Source: Octopus bimaculoides (lineage: Eukaryota). From it: DNA of 64,000 bases. Made by a program: the position numbers and the translations under genes. Positions 52,719 to 64,000 of this stretch are shown here, piece after piece; the first letter of the stretch is position 1; every line of letters starts with the position of its first letter. Where the stretch lies: contig NC_068983.1 of assembly GCF_001194135.2 (NCBI RefSeq), forward strand, positions 48,777,811-48,841,810. The letters run 5' to 3'. Below the pieces are notes generated by a model that was given only the letters and a program-made list of their open reading frames with translations, was not told the origin of the DNA and did no database searches.

Positions 52719-53494
52719 GAGATATATATGTATATATATATATATAGATATATATCGAGATATATTATCAGTGTTATGATTAAAAACTTTGTCTAAGCAT
52801 TGTGCCTATGTTAAAAATCATTATTATTAAAACATTTATGTTTATTTATTGTATTTGTATTATCAGCAAATTCTGATATTCATTTATTGTATTATCAGCA
52901 AATTTAAAGTAAACATCGAATACTGACGAAATTTTCGTTGATTGTTGACAGCGTGTTTACCGTGCAAGTGGGAGACTAACGTTACAGATGCTTTGCCTTC
53001 AAAGGAGGAAAGACAAGTTTATTTAAATTCTTCGTTGTGTCTCGTCAATGAAGAAACAGATGCTGCATTAAAAATTGGGATGGATTTGAAGTAGCCTCAA
53101 AAATAGAATGATGGGGGTATCAATAAGTGGACATCTTTGCGATGTTGGTTACAATATACTAAAAATTATGTATGCCATCGATGCTGTAAAGTAATATCAA
53201 CTTACGTAAAGGTAGACATAATTGTATAGTAGAAAAACACACATCAGCATTCTCCGACTTCGTAAATTAGAAATTTCTGAAATGAACATTCAGCTTTTGA
53301 CTTCAAGTATATAAAACAACTTATGTATTGTGTAGTTCGGTTTAATTGATCAAAATACGTTACAGAGACGCATTTTAGTACTTTTTGCTCTGATCATTCA
53401 TTAAAGTCCTAAAGTTATTCAATGCAAAGCGTATTAAAATGCCGAGTAACTAAACAGTAACCAATTATAACTAAATATTAGTATTATTTCGATT

Positions 53495-53715
53495 AAGGCG
53501 CAGAATCGTTAGCACGACGGGCAAAGTTCTTAACGACATTTCGTCCGAATTTATATTCTAGAATCAACTTCAGCCGAGCTCGACTTTACTTTTCGTCCCT
53601 TTGAATTAACGAAGTAAGAACGATCAATAAAATACGTACCAGTTGAGTATTGGGGTCGGTGAATTTGACTTAGCAGCCATGCTGAAATCACTGGACTCTT
53701 GCCAAAATCTGAAAC
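53495..53715 (+). mobile_element. Old SINE family 1 copy
   Basis: gcagaatcgttagcacgacgggcaaa...gctcgactttactttt...accagttgagtattggggtcg. Confidence 0.7.
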
Positions 53716-54512
53716 CAATATTCTTTGAATTATTTGAGCAAATACTGGAGAACTTTCTGTCTTCGTATGACCTCGACAGTGAAGTATAGGTTTCAACGTA
53801 CTCACAGGAATAGGAGTTAAATATAATATCCTGTATATTGAAGGGCTTATTTAAATAAATGTCTAGGAAATAAATACACAGCGCCATACTGATGAAAAAC
53901 GATTCTTCGTTTGTAATGCTTAATACGTAGGACAATATAATTATCATCGCTTATTAACTTCATTTGTCAATGCACAAGACTGCTGAGAAATGGAAGTTAT
54001 GTTTCTCTCGTATAGTGGTCGGTAGCTATTTTACATAAGTAGTGTAAGAGAAATGAAAACATAATCACTGTTAGATTTGAACAAAAATATTCTGCTTATG
54101 AACAACTTTGTTAATAATAAGCTGTTTGGGACTAATCTTTCTCACAATTCTCATTACCATCCTCGTGATGGAGACTAAAACCCAACAAATATATTCCTAA
54201 CTACTGTCAAATGTATAAACTAAAATATTTACCTGCAAATCCAAGGATATCACTGACGTATGTTGGTACAGCTTATACGAAATTAGCTCCATCATCATTT
54301 CCCTAATTCCTCAAGATTTCATCGAAAAACTTACTACCCAGGAGAAATGTCGTTGTGTATTATTTATGGATCACAGATTAACGATAGTTTCGTACGTTAA
54401 TCCAACGGCGCAAGTTCACAAAGAAAACGTCTGTTAAGTAATTTATGCGCTAACCATTCAGCACATGGGATTGAGGGTCGATATTGGGATTTCAAAAGAA
54501 TCAAAACAATAC

Positions 54513-54561
<49 letters not shown>

Positions 54562-54608
54562 AAGCGCGTTTATGTATACACGTTTTGTTACTGTATATTT
54601 TATGAAGT

Positions 54609-54995
54609 GTGGAGGTGCAATGGCCTAGTGGTTAGGGCAGCGGGCTCGCGGTCATAGGATCACGGTTTCGATTCCCAGACTGGGCGTTGTGAGTGTTTAT
54701 TGGGCGAAAACACCTAAAGCTCCACGAGGCTCCGGCAGGGGATGGTGTTGAACCCTGCTGTACTCTTTCACCACAACTTTCTCTCACTCTTTCTTCCTGT
54801 TTCTGTTCTACCTGTATTTCAAAAGGGCCAGCCTTTTCACACTGTGTCACGCTGAATATCCCCGGGAACTACGTTAAGGGTACACGTATCTGTAGAATGC
54901 TCAGCCACTTGCACGTTAATTTCACGAGCAGGCTGTTCCGTTGATCGGATCAACTGGAACGCTCGACGTCGTAAGCGACAGAGTGCTAACAACAA
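54609..54995 (+). mobile_element. SINE family 3, full length (387 bp)
   Basis: A-box TGGCCTAGTGG, B-box ggtttcgattccc, 3' aacaacaa tail. Confidence 0.95.
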
Positions 54996-55224
54996 TTTAT
55001 GAAGCACATTATAGATTAGCAATCGTTTCTCGCTTTCCACAAATTTTACATCCTTAGTGTAAATATGTGAACGGTTTCAAAAAAACAGTAATATGAAATT
55101 AGTACATATTTTTACTAATATTTTGTGTCTAAAAACAACAGAAACCGTAGAATCTGCGCTGCGGATGCTGCTTTGACTATAACTACTACCGCTTTGCGTA
55201 GTAATAATCCTTTCTACTAAAGGC

Positions 55225-56012
55225 ACGAGGCTTGAGGAGACTAAGAACACTATACTTGTAGCGCAAGACCAAGTTTAAACCACAAATTGGAGGGTCAGTC
55301 TTAGAAACGAGCAAGTGGCTCCATTGTGCTGAATATGCAAATAATTTGATGAAACTCTTTTCTATGTTGTATATGAATCTCCAAGACGTGTATAAAACCA
55401 CTTTACGTTGGGGCAACATGACGTGGTACCAAACATTCTGCATTGGAAACTGAATGGGAAGCAGGGGTTTGAGAGAGGTAAGACATGGTAAATCCACAAA
55501 ACACAGAGAGTGACCGAGATGGAGACTTGTTAAATTCCAAGGGATTTCCCAACTGAAATGGGCCAGATATTTGAGTGCAACAAACCGGATGTAGCGGAGG
55601 TGGACGGAGTAACCCGAATGCGCTCTATAATTGATGCTGCATGCCAATTTGACTCCGTAAGAAGGAAGGTGAGAAAGACGTATACAGTCCTCTTAAATAT
55701 GATATAACCCGAGTGTCGAAGAGGAAAAAAATGTGAAGATAATGCCGAATATTATTAGGGCCTTGTGAAGAGTATCCCAAGATACTCAAAGGAATGACAA
55801 AAAATGACAATAGAGTGTCCGGTAGATCTGGTGCGAAATCTTTACTGCCTCGTCACGGCCAGAACCGTTACAAAAATATTAGAGATTTGAAAGGAAGAAA
55901 TAGCATGGTACTGTAAAATGCAGGGAACACGCATACAATTTATGGAACAATGCAGAAGTTCCAACAAAACCCAAACAAAAGAAAACAATAATAATTATAA
56001 TAATAATAATTG
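55225..56012 (+). mobile_element. R4/Dong C-terminal remnant and 3' UTR ending in (TAA)n
   Basis: ILVAQDQV, QHDVVPNILHWKL...KTW, NKPDV, SIIDAACQFD; 3' UTR matches 27660-27790. Confidence 0.8.
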
Positions 56013-57714
56013 TCAGATACAAACAAAAATGACACATATTTCTAATAGTGATAACCAGTCTTTTTTTTTTTTTTCTTTTCGAAACGGTATCATTGTTGTC
56101 GAATTGCTCCTATGAGGAAATGAAACATTATATTGTTTATATTGTTTATAGCGGAAGAAATGCGGGAAGATGAAACATTAGCCACTAGGCATGATCATCA
56201 AACAATGGTGGATAGGATGATATATACTCGGAAAGGACATTGTATAAGATATATAGAAAAATAGATCAGATGTTATTACGACCTGCAGTCACTCTAATCA
56301 AATAACATCTGTCTATTCGCGTATATCACGTTTCTGGTAATACTGGGTTTTGAATTAGTCTCAAAGTTTTCTTTACTTTTATTGCAGTTAAGCACCGTAA
56401 GGTAAAATAACCGTTTTGATTTTCTAGTTAGATTACGGAACTATAAAGAAAATAATTCATATGGGATGTGTAAACTCGATTAACCAATTAGAAATGATAC
56501 CTGTAAAAGCTTCAAAACCCGACGCTGCTTACATTGCGTCGGATCAAAAATATTGTACTACAAGGCCACACTAAGAAAGAAAGAAAACGCTTTTGTATTT
56601 CAATTAACTCAGAAATCGATAATTTATATGAATATAAATATGCAAAACATTACTGGTTTCCGTCAAATAGCTGTAATATCTGTATATTTGTTACTTGTAA
56701 GGGAGTGTGTGTACTATGTAATGTGTACTATGCATTCTCACATTTATAGGTGTCTATATAGTCACGAGCAATAATCCCCTTGGTAATGATCCAGAATGCA
56801 GATAACGAATAAAGGGCTGCGTTAGCACAGGGCTGGTAAATATTTTTCAGTTCAGTTAGCTAGGGCCACGCGGAATAAACTGTGTTGCTCAAGGCCACAA
56901 CGCAAGAACAAGTCGAGAAATCGAATTCACGAAATAAAGATCATTAGACAACACCAAACCACTATGTATTTACAGTCAATTGAATAGTTATTTTTAAAAT
57001 GTGCAACATAGATATCCAATTTAGACTAGAGTGTTTGAATTATTAACGCAACTTCTAACTGAATGATCCAGCAAAAGAAACACCAATTAAAAAACAAAAC
57101 GAATCGTGATTGCTTATCTTTGACCTGACTCCAGTTATATGAACAATTTAGTCATTCGTGAAATATAAAGATTACATAATAATAGTAGCTTTCACCGGAA
57201 GTCGTGTATTGATATCTATTGTCAAGATATTAGAGTGGAAAATCTTTGTTAGAAAATCGATATACCATTATCAAAAATCAAAATAGTTGATCATAAATTA
57301 CAAAAGCTTAGACCGAGTACAATAGTTTGTAGAAGAGGTCGATAAGTTTACTTCCCCTGGATACTGAAAAATATTGCAATTCACTCATCGACTGAATTGT
57401 TATATTAACACAATTTGCGAGTGTTGTTATCCGCTCTGGAAATAGAAGCTAGAAATGTTATGCGTCATGATTAAGATAATGGATAGGAATCCGTGCGAAA
57501 AATGTTGTGCAAGGATCCGGAATCTATGGTCACTTTACCATTCTTATGTTTTTTTTACGTTAAGTTTTCTTCTGAAGCTTACATTTGTTAGTTTTTAGAT
57601 TTTATATGCTGACAACAGTTTCTTTTCTTTATCGTTTTTATATTTCAAAATATGAAATATTGAAAATGGTATACATATTCGGTTCAAATTTTCTTCACGA
57701 GTCCAGGAAGATCG

Positions 57715-57885
57715 GGAAGGGGATATGTTGATTTAATGGGCCCAGTACTCAACTCGTACTTATTTTATCGACCCCGAAATGATGAAAGACGAGGTCGCCT
57801 TCGGTGAAACTTGACGTAGAGAAGGACAAAATGTCACTAAGCATTTTGCCCGGCCTTCTAATGGTTCTACCAACTCTGCCGCCGT
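57715..57885 (-). mobile_element. Old SINE family 1 copy
   Basis: ttttatcgaccccgaaatgatgaaagacgaggtcgccttcggtg core. Confidence 0.7.
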
Positions 57886-58119
57886 AAAAATAGTATTCAT
57901 ATTGACAGTTTTACTTTTTGCTGAATTTGTGGAGCGTCTGGGGAAAATGCCTTGCAATATTTCTGCTACTTTTCGTTCTAATTTCGAATTACGCCAAGTT
58001 CATTTTAGCCTTTCATCCCTCCAAGGTGTATAAATTAAAGTGTTATTCAATTACTTCGGCCGATGGTGTCGAATAAGTCCTACCTCAAAGGTGTTTGTCT
58101 AAAGTGGAAACTTTTATTT

Positions 58120-58320
58120 ATAGCAGCGAACTAACAGAATCATTACCGCGTCGGACAAAATGCTTAGCGAAATTTCGTCCATATTTATATCCTGATGCAA
58201 TAAAATCGCCATACCTACTTTGAGTGTCATCGTTTCGAGGTCACTAAAATAAGTAAAAGTTACATACTAGGGTCGATGCATCTCCTCCAAAATTTGGGAC
58301 TGTGCCGAGTTTAGAAAAGT
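58120..58320 (+). mobile_element. Old SINE family 1 copy
   Basis: gcgaactaacagaatc...aaatgcttagcgaaatttcgtcc...gggactgtgccgagtttagaaaag. Confidence 0.55.
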
Positions 58321-58371
58321 TTATCATGGGATAATTTACAGTTCTATATTTAAGAGATGAGGAACTATGTA

Positions 58372-59650
58372 TATTATTTACATTTGACGGATATTTTTCC
58401 TCATCTTTATTTCGACTGATATACCCTTCAGCCTTCATCAGGTGTCTAGGGGAAATTTAGAACCTGGGTTGTCATTCCTAAGGTATTTTTCGATATTAGT
58501 ATTGTTCATGTCGCTACCTGGACTCGAACTCGGAATCTTATGGCTAATAAATTTTAGGGTTTATAAATCTAATATTGTTCTATCCTTCCTTAATACCGGT
58601 TCCCATATGCTGCTTATATATGCACTACGTCTGCTTAGGAGGTTGGTGTGTCCTAGCATATGTGCTGCTTCTTTTAGTTTTAGTAATTTGCAGTGGTGTT
58701 CTCTATTATTTTAATTTGATACCATTTTTCCATACGTGATCAGCTATACCCGATTTATCAATATCTCCTCCTGTCACAGCTTTGTGGTGTTCATATTCTC
58801 TTAATTTTTTTTTTTTTACACCGAAGTTCTTTAAGGGGTGTAAAAATTAATAAAATGTACTTTAAAGTGTTGGAGGTTATACGAATGTTACAAATTTAAT
58901 TATAGAAACACTAATCGCGTCGTTTGTTTTGCTATTCTATTTCTAAACAAATTGTACTATTTGAGAGAAAACAATCTACCATTATTTGAATTAATTCGAA
59001 CTATTCGAATTATTTTTACGAAATTAAATTCTCTCCATTATTTATATTTGGCGGATATTTGTCCTCATCTTGTTTGTTGTTAACCCTCCAGCCTTCATCA
59101 AGTTTCTTGGGGAAATTTTGAACCTGGGTATTTTTCGATGTTACTATTATTGTTCAGGTCACTGCTTGGAATCAAACTCGGAATCTTGGGGTCATTAATA
59201 TTTTTCTATCCTTCCTTAATACCGGTTCCCATATGCTATGCTGTACATGTCTGCACTCGGTCTGCTTAGGAGGTTGTTGTGTCCTAGCATATATGCTGCT
59301 TCTTTTAGTTTTCGTATTTTCCAGTGGTGTTCTCTATTATTTTAACTTCATACCATTTTACCATACATGATCAGCTATACTCGATTTATCAATATCTCCT
59401 CGTGTCACACCTTTGTGGTGTTCATCTACTCTTATTTTGAGGAGGCGACATGTTTCGCTATTGTATAACGTACCACAACTGCGTGGGATCGAGTAATGCA
59501 TTCTTTGGTCATACTCTCTTCTATTAGTGGTTTTACTCGAAGGAGATATTTGCGAAGTGTTGTAGTATTCTTGAAAACTGTCCTGATGTGATATGGGCCG
59601 CATGTCCTTTGTATAATAGTTTAAGTCTAAACATTATCTGCTGGATTTGG
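58372..59650 (-). mobile_element. Penelope-like element in partial-tandem (pLTR) arrangement
   Basis: CGPYHIRTVFKNTTTLRKYLLRVKP, YSIPRSCGTLYNSETCRLLKIRVDEHHKGVTRGDIDKSSIADHVW and EHHWKIRKLKEAAYMLG; the ~400-bp 3' block is duplicated at 58372-58790 and 59035-59425. Confidence 0.9.
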
Positions 59651-62010
59651 CTTGATGAATTGCGTTCCATAGTGGAATTCTTACACGCAGATTTTGTTAC
59701 AATATTAATCATTCATGAAAATAGTTTGCAAATCAATCAGAGCCAAAACAAAATGAACAATATACAAACTTTGTCCTCACTGTACAAACGTATCAGACAA
59801 ATGGCATTGTGATATTAATTCGAGCTGGTAGGACAATCAAGAAATTGAAGCATACAATATCCCCGAATTTAATTATATTTGGTTAAATATGTAATACAGA
59901 TGCAATGATTAGCAATTAATATTATTGTACTGAAATTAATTAACCACTTCCATCTTATGTATCTATTACAGCATATGTATATGTTGCACAGTAGCCGAAA
60001 GTGTGTAATTTTTGCGGGAGGGGTAATCGTACTTGTCTATTATTTCATTCCTCAGTCCTACGAGGAGGAAATGCAAAATTTATCTCAGAAACTTAAGAGC
60101 CAGAAATATACTGCGAGTTAGATGAATTTTTTTTGCTTTACTTTGTTGACTCTTTAGTCGTGAGTTTTAATGTTCACAAGGTAGATATTACCAGTTATTT
60201 CTCCGATAAAAATCCTTTCAGTAAAGAAATGGGTTGGGCGGGTTAAAAGTTGAGAACGAAATCTAATTATTATATGCCCGGTCAGGTGAAATCATTTTCG
60301 ATGAAAATTCGTCTACATGTCTTTTTCCTATATTTCTTTAACATTATTCCTCATTTCTTCATCACTACAAACTCTAGCATTATCTGACTGCAACGATAAA
60401 CAATGGAATTATCTAGCACTGAACATTTCAGTAAATTTAATGTATGCAATAAAATAAAACATACCTAAATAAATCTACATTATAAATACTACGAGAGAGA
60501 GGAGAAACAAAACTTGCGTTCTTTATAAGGTTATTGATGCGATTTCTATCACAACTTAAGGCAGATTTCGCTTCAAATGCAAATTTAAAAGAAACGAGAT
60601 AATTTTTTTTTCAAGGAAATTACACTATATCACATGAAGAAATTGTTTTCAAAATTTAAAAAAAAACACTATTTTATAATTTGTTTGTTATGGTGAATAT
60701 AAAGAACCAAATTATCCGTTGAGAAAACAAAGTAAAAGCTTCAAGTTAAATAAAATAATAAATAATTAATGTACTTACATTTTTTATTTTAATTTCTTAC
60801 GTTCCTGTTGTATCCACGCCCTCTGGATTGTCTCTAATGAATTACTTCTCAAGTATCTTGTTAAATTATTTTCACACTTGCATTTTGATTTAATCTGCAT
60901 TTATTTTTTCTATTTTATGTATTATCTTCAATTCTAGTAATTTTTAAAAATTGCTTTCCTTCTAAATTTTATTTTTGTTTTCGTTGTTTAAAAGAAAGGC
61001 CACTTGGAATGTCATAAGTGTCAACACTTCTCATTCTTTTTCTTCTCAATTTCTTGATCTTCACAAAAAAGAAAGAAAAGTGTTTTATTCGAAAATGCAT
61101 TTTAAAAGGAGTAGATCTTAAAATAAACTAATTTTGATGCGTTAGTTGTTATTTAGCCAGCGTTTACTCGTCAGTGACATAAACTGCGATGTCTTGCGTT
61201 CGAATCGTCACCAGTCCAGCGTATTGCCATACATATTGTAAACACAATCATTCTATCTACTATTTCATTGTGTTATACTAGATTTAAGATAACAAATTGT
61301 GAACTTCAAAACATTTCTCTGCTAATTCCCCTCAGTTGGGTGACTGTAAGGGACAAAGTTGTGCGCTCGAATCACTAGTTATTACAATGCAATGAATGAG
61401 GGGAATTTATTTAATCACTAAATTGGAAGACCGTCGCTAATTTTGGTTTTCTAGCAGAGTGTACCCACAGATTTGGCATCCGTTACAAAATAAACGAATA
61501 TTTATTTTCCCTATAGCCTCAACATAACGACTTATATAGAAGATGTAATGTCAAGAAATAGAACCAGCACAACGCAGGTCTCATTGAATGCCGTATTAAA
61601 GACAGAAATAACGCCGATCTGTTAGGCGACACGTTGTGCTACTCTGCATTTTTCTGCTATTCTTAACAACCTTGACAAATAACGTGTAATTTAGGTTTAA
61701 AGAAAACGTTTGTGTTTTTGCATGGAATGCTAGAGAATGCAGACAAATCTCTGGTAGATTTCTTTGTATTGTTGGGAAAGTGAAGGATATTTTGGATAAA
61801 GTAGGCTGGTAAAAGATACAAAATATGCTTTTGATGTTTATCATTAAGTCCACCAGCTGTTCTGCTACGAGTGAGGTAGTGCACAATAAAAAGAAAACAA
61901 ATAGATATTAAGCTAGACAAAGTGTGATTTAAAGATCCGGTAGTTATTTATCCTGCAACCTAACGTTTATATAATAGTTTCATTTACTTTTTTACTATAT
62001 TTGTCCACGT

Positions 62011-62108
62011 AAGGCGGCGAGCTGTCAGAATCTTTAGCACGCCGGGGGAAATACTTAGTGGTATTGCGTTTGCCGAAATTTCGTTCTGAGTTCAAATTCC
62101 GCCGAGGT
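62011..62108 (+). mobile_element. SINE family 1 head only
   Basis: aaggcggcgagctgtcagaatc...gagttcaaattccgccgagg. Confidence 0.85.
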
Positions 62109-62598
62109 AGGCACATCAAGTGCTTGGATGAGGTAGTGCTGTTCCGGGCCAAGAGGGTGGCGGCTGAAAGGCCCTATGTGTGGCAATATGACCCTGCACC
62201 ATGCCACACAAACAGGGGAACATAATCATGGCTGTCAGACAAATTCTGCAACCACATAACCCCTAAAATCTGGCCACCTAACTCCCTAGATTGCAATCCC
62301 CTTTATTGGACAAGAAACCAACATAACTCCTTCTAACACTAAAGATGAGTGTGAAGGCAAGGGTTATGGCAGCATTCAGCATCTTAAACAAGGAGACCAT
62401 CCAGAAGAATTGCAGGAGATTCCGAAGTCGTTTGGAGGCCGTAGTTGAAACCAAAGGCGATTTTATTGAACATGTTTACTCTTTAATATTTCAAGATATT
62501 TTTATGTGATTTTGGTAAATATATCTGTTAAAATGAGATGTCAGTGTTATTTTCATTCTTGCGTAATTTAGAGGATAATTTATTCATTGCATCATTGT
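62109..62598 (+). mobile_element. Tc1/mariner-superfamily (maT/DD37D-like) transposase C-terminus with 3' TIR
   Basis: YVWQYDPAPCHT...WLSDKF...IWPPNSLDCNPL...CRRFRSRLEAVVETKGDFIE. Confidence 0.85.
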
Positions 62599-63849
62599 GC
62601 ACACACGCACACATCACACACTGATACATATATATATANNNNNNNNNNNNNNNNNNNNNNNNNNNNNNNNNNNNNNNNNNNNNNNNNNNNNNNNNNNNNN
62701 NNNNNNNNNNNNNNNNNNNNNNNNNNNNNNNNNNNTACTCGTTTATGCGTGTCTAGTTGTTGCTTTCTGTGTAAAATTTTATATGCATCTGTCTGTAAAT
62801 TTTATCAAGGCTGAGACTAACCTCCCAGCCTGTACATTATAGTAAAAAGATTGGTTCAAGCATAAATGCCTGAATTTGTGTTGTGATTCCATCATTCGAA
62901 CGGTTATTGCCAGAATAATTGCTATTAAAGAAAAATGAATTCTGTGATGAAATTGATTTATCGTAAATATGGCTTGAAAAATTGGTCGAATAAGAAAGAA
63001 ATTACACTTTGATATCGCAAAGGTTTATAATGGTTATGATGTACGCCAGATTTAATAGAGGTGAGACGAAAGTAGAAAAAATGTTTGGCGCTAAACATTG
63101 CTCGAGCAGGTCTATTAATAATTGCTGTCTATTATAGAATAAATACACAACACATGAATTGAATCATTGGAGAGAGACAATTGCAAGTAGTAGATAGTAG
63201 AAAGAATTAGGTATATAGGCCAGACGATTCTCGTTTCAGTAGTTACAGGTGAAATCAATTTTGTCGGGTCTGAAATTTTAGAGGACACCAGAGTCAGAGG
63301 TGTGTTTGTTGAACGAGTATAAACTTGGAAGATTAGTTGCCGATACTCAAAGAGTAACGTCACATGAAACATTAAGAACAAACTGGAGATAGATCAATAG
63401 TTGACGCGATCAAGCATTAAAGAAACCAGAGCTTTCACATTATTAATGTAAACTCATATTAAATTTGATACTACTGAGAAATTGGGAACATAAAAATTTT
63501 CTGGAGAAGATTTAAACGTGAAATACGATATTTAGATATATCACACTATCATACGTAATAGTCGTCTACAACTTTTATTAAATAAACACGCCGACAACCG
63601 TGTAGCGACTACGTACTTGTGTAGATATATCCATCTATACACATACACAGTGATATACACGTGGAGACCCATGTTTGTGATTGTATGTGTGTGTGTATGT
63701 GTGGATCTGTGTGTGTGTGTGTTTGTGTGTGTGTGCGCGTGCGTGAGCGTGCGTGTATTAATGATTGTTTTTATGCCCACATAAAGCAAGTTTACATTAA
63801 TCTGATGGGATACGCTATACTTTCGTAGAGAACAACTTTATTAGGTTAC

Positions 63850-63954
63850 AAGATATTGTTGTTGACAATGACTTCAAAGTCATGGCCCGCTAAGCCATTG
63901 TCCGACGATGGCTTAGCTAGTCGAAACTTCGAAGTCATTATCAACAACATTCTT
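63850..63954. repeat. Nested inverted repeat containing a hammerhead-like motif
   Basis: Outer 23-bp arms gttgttgacaatgacttcaaagt / acttcgaagtcattatcaacaac; inner gctaagccat / atggcttagc. Confidence 0.8.
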
Positions 63955-64000
63955 CAATAAAATAATATGTATATATATGTATGTATATATATATATATAT

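Noticed and set aside
52930-53110. GGKTSLFK Walker-A-like string in a 50-codon frame
   Set aside because: Motif and long frame are in different reading frames; no Walker B
54609-54690. tRNA-like sequences with A and B boxes (also at 29050-29126, 45590-45671 and 61150-61215)
   Set aside because: SINE heads continuing into SINE bodies; no acceptor stem, so not called tRNA genes

Overview
AT-rich, microsatellite-dense eukaryotic intronic or intergenic DNA with 8 N-gaps, most flanked by (TA)n or (TG)n. The repeat families match those I recall from octopus genomes, so the source is probably a coleoid cephalopod (inference, not verified). There is no intact long gene, rRNA, true tRNA or CRISPR array. 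Most supplied ORFs are microsatellite read-throughs. The window is a layered transposon graveyard. It holds about 30 tRNA-derived SINE copies in 4 families, including a recurrent dimeric form, and decayed CR1, RTE and R4/Dong LINEs. It also holds Penelope-like (GIY-YIG) elements and mariner, maT-like, pogo/Tigger, Helitron and rve-integrase remnants, plus a TA-flanked MITE family. Signals the TE list does not explain: (1) a phase-compatible candidate terminal exon pair at 15347-15568 (+); (2) a 28-bp hairpin at 33207-33281 whose only non-Watson-Crick pairs are G-U on the + strand, resembling a pre-miRNA; (3) several degenerate hammerhead-ribozyme-like motifs in direct and inverted repeats tied to Penelope-like ends; (4) an Illumina adapter fragment at 13891-13907 (assembly artefact). 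All family and function calls come from visual motif recognition and need database confirmation.
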